DNA of 64,000 nucleotides from Vulcanimicrobiota bacterium (GTDB lineage: Bacteria; Vulcanimicrobiota; Vulcanimicrobiia; Vulcanimicrobiales; Vulcanimicrobiaceae), in NCBI GenBank assembly GCA_963714015.1, contig OY970223.1, positions 1,856,001-1,920,000 on the forward strand, given 5' to 3'. Below the pieces are notes generated by a model. That model saw nothing but the letters and a program-made list of their open reading frames with translations. It had not been told where the DNA came from and did no database searches. This document shows positions 30,267 to 40,557 of this stretch, in pieces. Within the stretch, counting starts at the first letter, position 1. Every line of letters starts with the position of its first letter. The translations under genes were made by a program, and so were the position numbers.

Positions 30267-30736
30267 CGCGGGTAGGACATGGGTTCGACGCGCACCGTCT
30301 AGCGGAAGGGCGTAAACTGATTTTGGCCGGAGTGGAGATTCCGCATGAAACGGGCGCACTCGGGCATTCGGATGCGGATGTCGTGGCACACGCGATTAGC
30401 GATGCCTTGCTCGGCGCGGCCGCTTTGGGCGATCTGGGCGGCCGTTTTCCCGATACGGACGAGCGGTGGAAGGGCGCGAATTCAATGAAGCTGCTCGCGC
30501 AGTGCGTCGAAGAAGTGCGCGCCGCTGGATATGCGATTGCCAACGTCGACGCGACGATCGTGCTGCAGCGGCCGAAGCTCGCGCCGTATATCGCGAAAAT
30601 GCGCGAGAACGCGGCGCGATGCCTTGATATAGAGCCGTCGCACGTGAGCGTGAAAGCCAAGACCAGCGAGGGCATGGGCTATACGGGCGACGGTTCGGGG
30701 ATTGCGGCTTACGCAGTAGTGTTAATCGAGAAATGA
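30263..30736 (+). CDS. ispF: MECDP synthase
   Basis: GHGFDAH, GHSDADV, VKAKTSE. Confidence 0.98.
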   Translation: MTRVGHGFDAHRLAEGRKLILAGVEIPHETGALGHSDADVVAHAISDALLGAAALGDLGGRFPDTDERWKGANSMKLLAQCVEEVRAAGYAIANVDATIVLQRPKLAPYIAKMRENAARCLDIEPSHVSVKAKTSEGMGYTGDGSGIAAYAVVLIEK

Positions 30737-31287
30737 TTGCGCGCGGTGAGCTTGCAGCGGAGATGCAGCGTTGGGGTTTTTTGGAAGATCCGGCGCCTGA
30801 GGCGGCGTTGCGCTGGATCGACACGTTTTTGGAAGCCTACGGCGATCGCTTGCAGTCGGTGAATGACGCCCGGCCCTACGTTGCCGAACTGCGCATGGAG
30901 GCGTGCGTTATTCCGGCGCTGGAACTGGAGCGTCTGCGAACACGCGAAGTACTATTCTTTTTGGACACCGTCGGACAGTACGTGGATAGCCAGGCGGAGT
31001 TGCGAGGCTTACCGCTGGAACACGACTTGGTCGAAATGGCGAAAGAATTCGGCATTTCGCCCAGCGACGCGCGCTACGCCGCGCGCATGGCTCTTACCGG
31101 GAAAACGGAAGGGCCGCCGCTGGAATTGTTGTTCCCGCTGCTCGGCCACGATAGGATCTTGATCCGGATCGGCGCAGTGAATTCCCGACTGTTGCACGGT
31201 CGCGGTCTCGAACCGATCAAATACGGCCCCGGCGGAGTTCCATTCGAACCGATCCACGGTACTCGTCCGGATGAAGACGACGTTTGA
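30733..31287 (+). CDS. Stand-alone GluRS-type anticodon-binding-domain protein
   Basis: RMALTGKTEGPPLELLFPLLGHDRILIRI matches the GluRS C-terminal signature; no HIGH/KMSKS; occupies the usual gltX position. Confidence 0.75.
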   Translation: MIARGELAAEMQRWGFLEDPAPEAALRWIDTFLEAYGDRLQSVNDARPYVAELRMEACVIPALELERLRTREVLFFLDTVGQYVDSQAELRGLPLEHDLVEMAKEFGISPSDARYAARMALTGKTEGPPLELLFPLLGHDRILIRIGAVNSRLLHGRGLEPIKYGPGGVPFEPIHGTRPDEDDV

Positions 31288-31314
31288 CGGCCTGCATTCC
31301 CCAGGGTCTTCCAA

Positions 31315-31590
31315 TTAAACGGTCTGACGGCTGCGAACCCAGCCGAGCACTTTCGCGGCTACGTCTTGAGGCTGCACGTTCGTCCAGGTCCGAAAAGTCG
31401 TACCTGCGGTAAATCCGGGATGCTGTCCTTGCATTTGAACCATTACTTCGATGGCTTCGTTCCGGTTTTTGAGCGAGACGTTGAAAGCGTCGTACCAGTA
31501 CACCGGGCCGCGCGGATCCGTCCCCGGACTAACGGGGCCGAGCGCGCTTAGAAAATCCGCGCGCCATTCTTCGAACGTCGAAAATCGCAT
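31315..31590 (-). CDS. Hypothetical protein
   Basis: GGAGG RBS, 91-aa ORF. Confidence 0.6.
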   Translation of the reverse strand: MRFSTFEEWRADFLSALGPVSPGTDPRGPVYWYDAFNVSLKNRNEAIEVMVQMQGQHPGFTAGTTFRTWTNVQPQDVAAKVLGWVRSRQTV

Positions 31591-31699
31591 ACACCCTCCG
31601 TCCAGGGCGAAAGGTTCCGCCGCCGCTGCGGAGTTCCTCGGTAATAGAAGAGCCGCCCTCGTGGACGGCTCCCGCGGCGATCGACGTCGAAGCCCTCGC

Positions 31700-32251
31700 C
31701 TACATGGGCGGCTTGATGTCGGCGACGCTATTGTACTGCGAAAACGTCCAGGTCTCGTCCTTGCCGAGGTATTGAACCGGAAGACCGTTCGCGCCGATCA
31801 GGAGGTCGAACGTGTCACCGTTTTGCCTGTTGACCACGTGATACTTGTGTGCGGCGGCAGTCGTCATACCCTTATCCGTAACGTTGTATTTTTTTCTAAT
31901 GTCGGAACTTTCCAGATTGAGCGTACGCAGATGTTCCATCAACGTGACCGCCATTGCAGGCTGCCCCGGCCGGGCCATCCATCTGCCGTCCATGCCTTCC
32001 CAGGAATGAGCACCGATGGCGATCAGTTGCATGCCGTTGGATATGCTCCAGTGCACCTTGTCCGGATTGATCAGGTCGAGCGTAACCGACTCTTGCGGTT
32101 CCTTGATGTCGACGTGGACTGAATTCACGTTTTGAAAGGCAGTTTTTACCGCTGCGAGGTCGCTTGCCGGATCTGCGAATGCCGGCTGAGCGGCTAATGA
32201 AGTGAACGAGGCGACGGTGAATGCGAAAAGCCAAAGGATCTGTCTAGTCAC
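31700..32251 (-). CDS. Secreted protein, possibly LolA-like fold
   Basis: AAGGAG RBS with GTG start; signal peptide AFA; C-terminal FSQYN...IKPP. Confidence 0.6.
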   Translation of the reverse strand: MTRQILWLFAFTVASFTSLAAQPAFADPASDLAAVKTAFQNVNSVHVDIKEPQESVTLDLINPDKVHWSISNGMQLIAIGAHSWEGMDGRWMARPGQPAMAVTLMEHLRTLNLESSDIRKKYNVTDKGMTTAAAHKYHVVNRQNGDTFDLLIGANGLPVQYLGKDETWTFSQYNSVADIKPPM

Positions 32252-32286
32252 GAGATACTCCTTTCGATGTGCGCTGCGATTGCGTA

Positions 32287-33907
32287 TTACGGCGTTGAAA
32301 GATGATTGAGAACCGCGCGCGCGAGCGTTTCGGAGGCTGCGAGCGCAGGAGAACGCGAGCCCTGAACGAGCAGTTGGAACGCCATGTCGGCCTTGACGAC
32401 AGTGAGCGTGCCCTCTTTCCACGACGCTTTATCGCCGAGTCCCGAAAGCATCTGCGCATCGGTGAAGGCGCTCGAAAGGCCCGGCGGCAGGTTGGGAACG
32501 CCCGGCACGCCGAGCACCGACTGCACCGCGCGCAGGCAGCCGAATCCGTGACACGCTGTTGCGGCTTGAACGGGATGCATCGTCAGCACCACGGTTCGCG
32601 CCGGAGCTCCGCCGTGTGATGATACAGCCCAGGCGCATTCGTTCGCAGACGAATGCTGCGCGGTGCCCAGCGATGAAACGCCGACGCCCAGCGCCGATGC
32701 GACGTCGGGCGAGCCGAGCATGCCGCACGGATCGACGTTCAGACTCGAGCCGTTAGACGATGCTTGTTGCCGTGCTGCAGGCTGCGCCGCGGCGGACGGG
32801 GCCTGCACGGGTGCGGGCTGCGCCGGTTGGGGCGTTTGCAGCGCATCCTGTCCCGGTGCCATCGTAACGGTTCCCCCGCAGGTCAAGACTGATGCGAAAG
32901 TTCGCCGGGCTGCGATACTGTGGAACCGGAATCGCAAGTTTTATTTTCTCTTGCGTAGCGGCATCGAACGTCACGAGCAGCCGTGTCGGCGCATCCGCGG
33001 CGTTGAAGGTGCCCCAAGAAATGAGCTGATCGAACGTGTACGGCACGCCCGGAGCGAATGGTAGATTTCGCGAGCCCAATGAAAAGCCGCCGACGACGTT
33101 GGCCGAGGAAGAATCGTTGCCGCTCTTCGTGGCGAGAAATTCGTCGCTGGTGTTCGTCGGTGCTACGCGATTGCCGATGTCGGCCAATCCGCCCGGGAAC
33201 ACCTTCATGTGGGTGATGTTGATCCATTCTTGCCGGATATGCCAGCCGAATTGATTTTTCGCGACGGTCCCGACGGGAAAGGGCGTCACGGCGAGCACGC
33301 GCATCTTCCAAATGCCGTTGGACATCCACTGATTCATGCACCCTTGCTGAGCCGCGAGCTGTGAGGAACCGCCTTGCGCCTGCGCTGCAGCTCCTGCGGC
33401 AACGCAATCCAGGTTGTAGTCAAAGTTGTATTGGCGAGTAGAAAAGTGCGGTTTGTTCATTCGCGCGAGTACCTGGCCGTCGAATGTTACGTCGAGCGAC
33501 CTCGGCTTGTCCGAGGGATCGACTTTCATATTGGGGCCGAAGAACGATTGCGTATACGTGAACTCTCCCGCCGGCGCAAAGTTATTAAAGACCAGCGCCT
33601 GCTGGTTGTGTCCCTCCGCCGTGAGCGACAAGGCGGAAAGATTCAACGTCTCTTCCTTGAATTGCGAATCTGCCGGAGAAAGTTCGCGCGAGGTACCGTT
33701 ACGCCACGTTTGCGTGATGCGCCATCCGGTCTGCTGCGAGCCGTCCATAATCGGCTCCGCCTTGGTCACCTTGGCTCGCCAGAGGCCGTTGAACAGCCAC
33801 TGATTCATACATCCGGTGCGAGTGTCGCTTTGTGCGATCGCTTGTACCGGCGCCGCAATCTGGGTAGCCGCGACAAGCGCAGCGAGCAAGAAAGCCTTGG
33901 TTCTCAT
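32287..33907 (-). CDS. Secreted protein with two internal repeats and a C-terminal Cys-containing domain; frameshift near 32890
   Basis: Signal peptide; GCMNQW..NG.W occurs twice; two overlapping ORFs join. Confidence 0.65.
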
Positions 33908-34080
33908 TGCATAACACCTCGAGAAACTTCCCTTGCTCAGAGGCTAACAGCGAGGCGTCCCCACAACGTCCCACCGCCTTGCCGCGCGGTGCGAGCGCTG
34001 CAACCGCAGGTAAGGAAAGGCCGGTTCCGGGTGGGAATACCGGCAAGCCCCTCGGGGATATACGATAAGACTTTAGGATA

Positions 34081-34764
34081 ATGACGCTTTTCCAGACTAT
34101 CGCGGCCGATTTGAAGGCCGTTCTGCAGCGCGACCCGGCGGCTCGAGGGCCGGTGGACGTGCTGCTGTCCTACCCGGGATTTCACGCGGTGACGGCACAC
34201 CGCTTTATTCACGAGCTTTGGCGGGCCGGGATTCCACTGCTGCCGCGCTTTCTTTCAAACGTAAACCGCTTTTGGACCGGCATCGAAATCCATCCGGCCG
34301 CAAAACTTGGATCGGCGTTTTTCATCGACCACGGAATGGGGGTGGTGATCGGCGAGACGGCCGAGGTGGGAGAGAGCTGCACGATTTATCAGGGCGTCAC
34401 GCTGGGCGGAACGAGTCTCTCGCACGGCAAGCGGCATCCGACTCTGGGCAATAACGTGACGGTGGGCGTGAGTGCGGTGGTCCTGGGCGCCATTACGATC
34501 GGCGACAACGCGAAGATTGGCGGCGGTTCCGTCGTCGTCAAAGACGTGCCCGCGAATTCGACCGTTGTCGGCGTTCCGGCTCGCGTGGTGATGCAGGACG
34601 GCGTTCCCGTGAAATTGGTACCGGAGCGGCCCCACGTTGACATGCCCGATCCAAATGCCGACTCCATTGCGCAGCTTCAGAAGCGCATTCGCGATTTGGA
34701 AGCGCGTTTCGACGCGATCGAACGAGAAGAAGATTCGCAGTCTTCGTGGTCGTGGGTCGTTTGA
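34081..34764 (+). CDS. cysE: Serine O-acetyltransferase
   Basis: RDPAA, TGIEIHP, FIDHGMGVVIGET, KRHPT. Confidence 0.97.
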   Translation: MTLFQTIAADLKAVLQRDPAARGPVDVLLSYPGFHAVTAHRFIHELWRAGIPLLPRFLSNVNRFWTGIEIHPAAKLGSAFFIDHGMGVVIGETAEVGESCTIYQGVTLGGTSLSHGKRHPTLGNNVTVGVSAVVLGAITIGDNAKIGGGSVVVKDVPANSTVVGVPARVVMQDGVPVKLVPERPHVDMPDPNADSIAQLQKRIRDLEARFDAIEREEDSQSSWSWVV

Positions 34765-34766
34765 CG

Positions 34767-36200
34767 ATGCGGCTGTACAACACCCGGACGCGAACCCTCG
34801 AAGCATTTGCGCCGTTGGATCCTCCTCGAGTCCGCATCTACGTGTGCGGACTCACGCCATCGGCGGAGGCGCACCTGGGGCATGCGCGTTCGTTCTTGTT
34901 TTTTGACGTGCTGCGCCGTTATTTGAAGTACTCGGGTTATGACGTTACGTACGTGCAAAACGTCACCGACATCGACGATAGAAGCATCAATCGCGCAAAA
35001 GAGACCGGTGAGGACTGGTACGACATCGTCAGCCGGTACTACGCTTCGTTCAAGCGGTCGATTCACGACCGGTTGGGCGTGCTGCCTTTTGACGAAGAGC
35101 CGTACGCGACGAAGTTCATTCCGCAAATAGTCGCGATGATAGCGCAACTTCAAGAGCAGGGGTATGCGTACGTCGCCAGGGACGGCGTGTATTACCGCGT
35201 CGCGAAATTTTCGCGCTACGGACGGCTGAGCAACAAGAACATCGAGGAACTGGAAGCCGGCGCGCGCATTGAAGTGGACGAGTTCAAAGAAGATCCGCTG
35301 GATTTTGCGCTCTGGAAGTTTGCGAAACCGGGCGAGCCCAAATGGCCCTCCCCCTGGGGTGAGGGGCGCCCAGGCTGGCATATCGAGTGCTCGGCAATGT
35401 CGCAGCAGCTGCTCGATCCCCAAAGCCGGGGATTCGACATACACGGCGGCGGCGCGGATCTGATTTTTCCGCATCACGAAAACGAGATCGCGCAGAGCGA
35501 GCCGCTGATGATTCATCCGCCCATGGCGAATTTTTGGATGCACGGCGGCCTGCTGCTGTTTGACAATTTGAAGATGAGCAAGTCGCTGGGCAACTTTGAA
35601 CCGCTCTGGGAATTGCTCGACCGGCACGATCCGCAGGCGATCCGTTTGTTGTTTCTGCAAACCGGTTATCGCAAAGTGATGAATTTTACGGAAGATTCGA
35701 TAACCGGTGCGGCGACGGCGCTGGAGCGCCTGAAGCGAACATATCGCGAGTTGCGCGCTCGGCATGATGGAGCGAGCGGCGCAGCTGAAAGCGGTTTGAT
35801 GCAGCGAGTCTCGCAAGCGCTCGATGACGACATGAATACAGCCGTCGCCTTGGCTGAAGTGCTTTCATTTAAAGACGGGTCGCTGCAAGAATACGCGACG
35901 GCGCTGGACGTATTGGGATTGACGGCGAGTGATTCTTGGCTGGAAGCGCCGCCGCGGTTTTTGCCGCCGGATTTTGTCGAAGCGTTGTCGTCGGCGATCG
36001 CCGGTATGCCGGAATTGGCAGACGGTTCGTTGAACGGTGTCAGTGCCGAAGAGGCCATTGCGCGCGTGATTGAGCGGCGCAGACAAGCCCGCGCGAACAA
36101 GGATTGGAGCACGTCGGATCGGCTGCGCGATGCATTGGCGGCTTGCGGCGTGGCGCTGAAAGATTCGAAAGAAGGCACAACGTGGAGCGTAGACGCCTGA
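34767..36200 (+). CDS. cysS: Cysteine--tRNA ligase
   Basis: [27 protein letters not shown]. Confidence 0.98.
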   Translation: MRLYNTRTRTLEAFAPLDPPRVRIYVCGLTPSAEAHLGHARSFLFFDVLRRYLKYSGYDVTYVQNVTDIDDRSINRAKETGEDWYDIVSRYYASFKRSIHDRLGVLPFDEEPYATKFIPQIVAMIAQLQEQGYAYVARDGVYYRVAKFSRYGRLSNKNIEELEAGARIEVDEFKEDPLDFALWKFAKPGEPKWPSPWGEGRPGWHIECSAMSQQLLDPQSRGFDIHGGGADLIFPHHENEIAQSEPLMIHPPMANFWMHGGLLLFDNLKMSKSLGNFEPLWELLDRHDPQAIRLLFLQTGYRKVMNFTEDSITGAATALERLKRTYRELRARHDGASGAAESGLMQRVSQALDDDMNTAVALAEVLSFKDGSLQEYATALDVLGLTASDSWLEAPPRFLPPDFVEALSSAIAGMPELADGSLNGVSAEEAIARVIERRRQARANKDWSTSDRLRDALAACGVALKDSKEGTTWSVDA

Positions 36201-36997
36201 ACCGCCGGCACGCCGAGCGTCGGCAAGACATCGACTTTGACGCCCTGATCTACGGTGTCCACGCCGTAGAGGAGGCCCTGCTCGCGGGGGAGGAGCTGCG
36301 CTTGATCCACGTCGCGGACGAACGCCGGCGGGATCCCGTATTGCGCAACCTGCTGCAGACGGCTCGCGAAAAGCAGCTCCCCGTGCACTTTGAGAATCGC
36401 GAGTTTTTCGGCAGGTTTCCCTATAAGGCCCATCAGGGTGTCGTTGCTTTTGGGCCGCCGTTCCCATACGCGTCGCTCGAGGACATTCTAGGTTCCCGCG
36501 CCGGCGATCCGCTGCTGATTGTGGTCCTGGACCACGTCACGGATCCGCACAACGTCGGCGCGATAATTCGAACCGCCGAATGCGCCGGCGCGAGCGGTGT
36601 CGTGATGCCGGAACGCCGCGCCGCCGGCGTTAATGCCACCGTGCGTAAAGCGGCAGCGGGCGCGACGGCGCACATTCCCGTAGCGCGCGTGTCGAACGTC
36701 GCGGATGCGCTGCGCCGCTTGAAAAAAGCGAACGTTTGGGTTGCGGGCGCGCACCTTTCCTCCGAAAGCGTCGATTATCGTGAGGCCGACTTTGCCCGCG
36801 ATCTCGCCCTAGTGATCGGTGCCGAAGGCACGGGACTGGCGCAGCTCGTTCGACGTGAATGCGACTATCTGGTCAGCATTCCGGTGCTCGGCAAGATTGA
36901 CTCGCTGAACGCATCGGTGGCGGCCGGCGTGCTGCTGTACGAAGCGGTTCGCCAACGGCGCGCTCAGTCTTTTGGCGCCTTGACTCAGCCGCAGTAG
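36182..36997 (+). CDS. rlmB: 23S rRNA (G2251-2'-O)-methyltransferase
   Basis: HQGV, DPHNVGAIIRTA, GAEGTG, SLNASVA. Confidence 0.95.
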   Translation: MERRRLNRRHAERRQDIDFDALIYGVHAVEEALLAGEELRLIHVADERRRDPVLRNLLQTAREKQLPVHFENREFFGRFPYKAHQGVVAFGPPFPYASLEDILGSRAGDPLLIVVLDHVTDPHNVGAIIRTAECAGASGVVMPERRAAGVNATVRKAAAGATAHIPVARVSNVADALRRLKKANVWVAGAHLSSESVDYREADFARDLALVIGAEGTGLAQLVRRECDYLVSIPVLGKIDSLNASVAAGVLLYEAVRQRRAQSFGALTQPQ

Positions 36998-37006
36998 TGG
37001 GCCCGT

Positions 37007-38599
37007 TTACGAAATGGAACGCAGCCGGCGTCGCTTATGCGCCTGCTTCATTTCGTACATTGCGCGGTCGGCAGCCGCGAGCAGATCGTCGGGCGTCGCG
37101 GCATCGTGCGGAAAGAGCGCTACGCCGACGCTGACGCCGATGTCGATGTTTTTGCCCCCGACGGCGAGCGGCGTCACCAGAATGTTGGCCACTTTTTCGC
37201 GGAGAATTAGAGACCCTTCCGGCGACGTGTGGGCGATAATCGCGAATTCGTCACCGCCGAAGCGCGCCAGTTCGTCCGATTCACGTATTGAACCCTTCAA
37301 ACGCCTCGCGACGATACGCAGCACTTCGTCGCCGGTTTGGTGGCCGAATGAGTCGTTTACGTCCTTGAACCCGTCGAGGTCGACGAAAAGTATCGCGAAG
37401 ACTTCTTGGAATCGCTGTGCTCGGGTGACCGTCGTCTTCAGCCGCTCGTCGAAGGCAATGCGATTGAGCGCTCCCGTAAGCGGATCGAAATATGCCAGCG
37501 TCTGCAGTTCTGCGTTCCGCTGCTCGGTGCGCTGCTTGTCGAGGGCGAGCAATCGCATTCGCTCGACGACGCCGAGCGAAAGAATCAGGATTTGGATGGT
37601 CCACCCGGCAACGATTTGATCGGTGAATTGACCTATGGCGACCGGTACAAAGCCCACGAGGAAGATGCGCGCCGGAAAATCGTGACGCGCTCGAATGGAC
37701 GCGGCGACGATGGTCAGCGCCATTCCGGCAATCAACGATCCAAGCGACACCATCCCTAGCGCCGGCCACGTCCAGAGCGGGAACGCCAGAACGACGACGG
37801 TGGAGAAAACGGCAATCAGCAAGCCGTCGAGTAATTTCGAAGTGGCTCTGGTGCTCAGAAACGTGCGAATGAAGACCAGGAACGCGACAAACGATGCGGC
37901 GTTGAGAAAAGCAGCAACCCATGCGTTCAACGTGCCGTTCGGCCACAGATAGGCATCGCCGATGCCGCTGACGCCGAGCACGTACGCCGCGATGGAGACG
38001 ATGTACACGGCGAAGAGCGCGGCGCCGCGATCGCGCATCACCACCGCCATGTAGATGTTTGCTGCGCCTACGGCAAGAACGACGCCGAAAAACAGTCCGA
38101 GTATAAGGCGCGCGAGAAGCGCGCTGTCGGCGACTGCGCGCGCCGGTGCTAATTCAACCTGGAGCGGTTCTCCGGGATCGAGATGCAGGTGCACGTAGAT
38201 CGGCTCGGAGCCGGTACGCGCGACGTCGATCAGGGCCCCGACGCGAGGAAAGGCCGCCGGTTTTCGCGCCGCGGGCATTTCGGAGCCGGTCCGGTATTCA
38301 GTGTAACCACCGGGTCCGTTCGGCACGTAGATCTGCGCGAGCGGCAGATCCGGCGACAAAGCGAGGGCCCACATTGCCGGAGCATCCGGCGTCCGCTGCA
38401 CGGCAAAACGCAGCCAAAGATCTCGGCCGCGTGCCGTCCCGGTGAGCCGTTCATAAGGAACAAACCGGACGCGCCCCGCTAAGACGTCAGAAGCAGAGAC
38501 GTTTCCGTTTGCCGCCGCGGTTTGCGGTAATGCGTCGACAGCCTTGGCGTGCGGCGGTAAAAGGATCAATGCCAATGCCGCGATGACCGAGAGGTGCAC
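37007..38599 (-). CDS. Diguanylate cyclase with 7TMR-DISM-like sensor and TM region
   Basis: DLDGFKDVNDSFGH, RESD I-site, GGDEF; N-terminal extracellular domain plus multiple TM helices. Confidence 0.92.
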   Translation of the reverse strand: MHLSVIAALALILLPPHAKAVDALPQTAAANGNVSASDVLAGRVRFVPYERLTGTARGRDLWLRFAVQRTPDAPAMWALALSPDLPLAQIYVPNGPGGYTEYRTGSEMPAARKPAAFPRVGALIDVARTGSEPIYVHLHLDPGEPLQVELAPARAVADSALLARLILGLFFGVVLAVGAANIYMAVVMRDRGAALFAVYIVSIAAYVLGVSGIGDAYLWPNGTLNAWVAAFLNAASFVAFLVFIRTFLSTRATSKLLDGLLIAVFSTVVVLAFPLWTWPALGMVSLGSLIAGMALTIVAASIRARHDFPARIFLVGFVPVAIGQFTDQIVAGWTIQILILSLGVVERMRLLALDKQRTEQRNAELQTLAYFDPLTGALNRIAFDERLKTTVTRAQRFQEVFAILFVDLDGFKDVNDSFGHQTGDEVLRIVARRLKGSIRESDELARFGGDEFAIIAHTSPEGSLILREKVANILVTPLAVGGKNIDIGVSVGVALFPHDAATPDDLLAAADRAMYEMKQAHKRRRLRSIS

Positions 38600-38759
38600 T
38601 GTTGGTAACCCCTTTATTCATCGGCGGATCGCTCGGCAGGACTGAGGGCATTTTGGCGTTTCGCCGCAATTTGACGCTCGGTCGAGGCAAGCCGGTGGCC
38701 TCTTGCTGCGCGGTTGGTTCACGCCTGCTCGCCTGGGCGGTCCCCTGCTCCTCTTGTCC

Positions 38760-38788
38760 TTGACGCGCAAGGAGTACCCTCTTATACT
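38760..38788 (+). promoter_or_regulatory. Sigma70-type promoter of sigH
   Basis: TTGACG-17 nt-TATACT. Confidence 0.75.
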
Positions 38789-38861
38789 GTTCGGGATGTG
38801 CCGCGCTTGACGGGCCCCGGCCCGCGATTTGCGCACATTGGTCCAGAGGGCAAAGCGAGTT

Positions 38862-39510
38862 ATGGCAATGACCCATCCTATCCCGGATGGACTCGACTAC
38901 CACGAGCGGGCTGATGAGGATTTGGTCGCGACCGCTAAATCGGGCGACAACCTCGCGATGGAATTCCTGCTCAATAAGTACAAAAATTTCGTCCGCATCA
39001 AAGCGAAGAGTTACTTCTTAATCGGGGCCGACCGCGAAGACATCATCCAAGAGGGCATGATCGGTCTGTACAAAGCCGTTCGCGACTTCAAGGCGGACAA
39101 GCTTTCCAGTTTTCGCGCCTTTGCGGAGCTGTGCATCACGCGTCAGATCATCACCGCGATCAAGACGGCGACCCGTCAGAAGCATATTCCGCTCAACCAA
39201 TACATTTCTCTGAACAAGCCGATCTATGACGAGGACAGCGAACGCACGCTGCTGGACGTCATGGCTTCGCAAAAGACGTCCGATCCCGAAGAGCTCGTGA
39301 TCAATCAGGAAGTCTCTCAGGACATCAAGGAACGCATTCAGGAGAATCTCTCGGAACTGGAGTCTCAGGTGCTGCTCTCGTATCTCGAGGGAAAGAGTCT
39401 ACCAGGAGATGGCGCGCGACTTGGGCCGGCACGTGAAGTCGATCGACAACGCGCTGCAGCGCGTCAAACGTAAGATCGAGAAGAACCTCTCGGAGATCGA
39501 ACTTCCGTAA
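38862..39510 (+). CDS. sigH: RNA polymerase sigma factor SigH (Spo0H-like); frameshift near 39398
   Basis: YFLIGADREDIIQEGMIGLYKA, CITRQIITAIKTATRQKHIPLN; the other frame continues YQEMA...KSIDNALQRVKRK. Confidence 0.95.
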
Positions 39511-39531
39511 TTCTTTTTTTTGCGAATGCAG

Positions 39532-39562
39532 AGACGCCGGCTAACCGCCGGCGTCTTTTTTT
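39532..39562 (+). terminator. Intrinsic terminator after sigH
   Basis: AGACGCCGGC-TAACC-GCCGGCGTCT followed by a T run. Confidence 0.85.
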
Positions 39563-39636
39563 GTCACACTTAGGCATGGTTACAAGCGCGCTATGAACGT
39601 TGAGGATACGGCTCCCGACTCCGCATTGCCGACCGC

Positions 39637-39789
39637 TTAGAAGCGGATGTAATGCACCGCGTGAGCAAACAGATACAGAAGAATTAGAATAACGAATACG
39701 ATTGCCGCCGCGCGCAACAGGCAGCCGGCAACACGCACCGCGATCACCACGAGAACGATGACGACCAGTACGAAGATGAGTGTCGTCAT
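39637..39789 (-). CDS. 50-aa two-helix membrane protein (not in ORF track)
   Basis: MTTLIFVLVVIVLVVIAVRVAGCLLRAAAIVFVILILLYLFAHAVHYIRF; ATGA overlap with the upstream gene stop. Confidence 0.7.
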   Translation of the reverse strand: MTTLIFVLVVIVLVVIAVRVAGCLLRAAAIVFVILILLYLFAHAVHYIRF

Positions 39790-40196
39790 GAGGCGCCGGA
39801 ACCGGCCTGCCGATCGTCTTCGTAGTGTTCGAAGGCCGGTCGCCCCTCGTCGATAACTAAACGGTTGACGATAGTAGTGTAGAGCGCCTCGCGATCGGCG
39901 AGCGGATCGATAACGAAGGCTTCGGTCGCTTTTTCGTCGCTTTGCGGATCGATCACGACGGTCACTCGCCGGCGCGCACAGACGTCGAGGCAGCTCGTGC
40001 TGATCGCCCGCACCCTACCCCAATACCCGTCTTCCTTGAGCCGTTTTTTGAGCCAGTCGCGCAAATGGAAGTCGCCGATCTCCGCAGCTTTGTCGGGATC
40101 TTCTTCGGGAATGCGTTCCTTGCAGCAACGCTCGCACACCAGCACGAGACCGGAATTCGTCCATTTGGGGGTTACGGGCTGCATGCTTTCTTTCAC
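39786..40196 (-). CDS. Thioredoxin-like [2Fe-2S]/DUF1636-type metal-binding protein
   Basis: VLVCERC...SCLDVC. Confidence 0.7.
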   Translation of the reverse strand: MKESMQPVTPKWTNSGLVLVCERCCKERIPEEDPDKAAEIGDFHLRDWLKKRLKEDGYWGRVRAISTSCLDVCARRRVTVVIDPQSDEKATEAFVIDPLADREALYTTIVNRLVIDEGRPAFEHYEDDRQAGSGAS

Positions 40197-40239
40197 TAGA
40201 AGTTGTGGAGGCCCGGCCGGGCGGGCCTCCGATTCCGCA

Positions 40240-40322
40240 AGCCGACGGCCGGATTCGAACCGGCGCGCTCTTTCGAGTCCTCATTACAAGTGAGGTGCGT
40301 TCAACCGCTCCGCCACGTCGGC
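40240..40322 (-). tRNA. tRNA-Thr(UGU) with long variable arm
   Basis: GCCGACG/CGTCGGC acceptor, CCTCA-CTTGTAA-TGAGG anticodon arm, 14-nt variable region, GCCGG-TTCGAAT-CCGGC T arm. Confidence 0.88.
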
Positions 40323-40557
40323 GTGAAGCCACGGTCTCTTACCGGGGGGGATAGATCATACCTCCCCGGCTCCGGAACGGATTTTCGCAGCCGCCGCGCC
40401 TAACGGCCATCTCGACCGCGATCGGAACGCGCGCAAAGTCGCGCCGTTCAGTCATCCGGCTGCGCACGAGATTGTGCGCATATTTAATAGGGCGATCCGT
40501 TTGAGTGACGCGCTGCAAAGTAAAAGAATTGCATTTTCGGGTCGAGAATTTAACGGC

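Noticed and set aside
33910..34080. T-box leader before cysE-cysS
   Set aside because: GGGTGG is present, but the full T-box consensus, specifier stem and terminator are not
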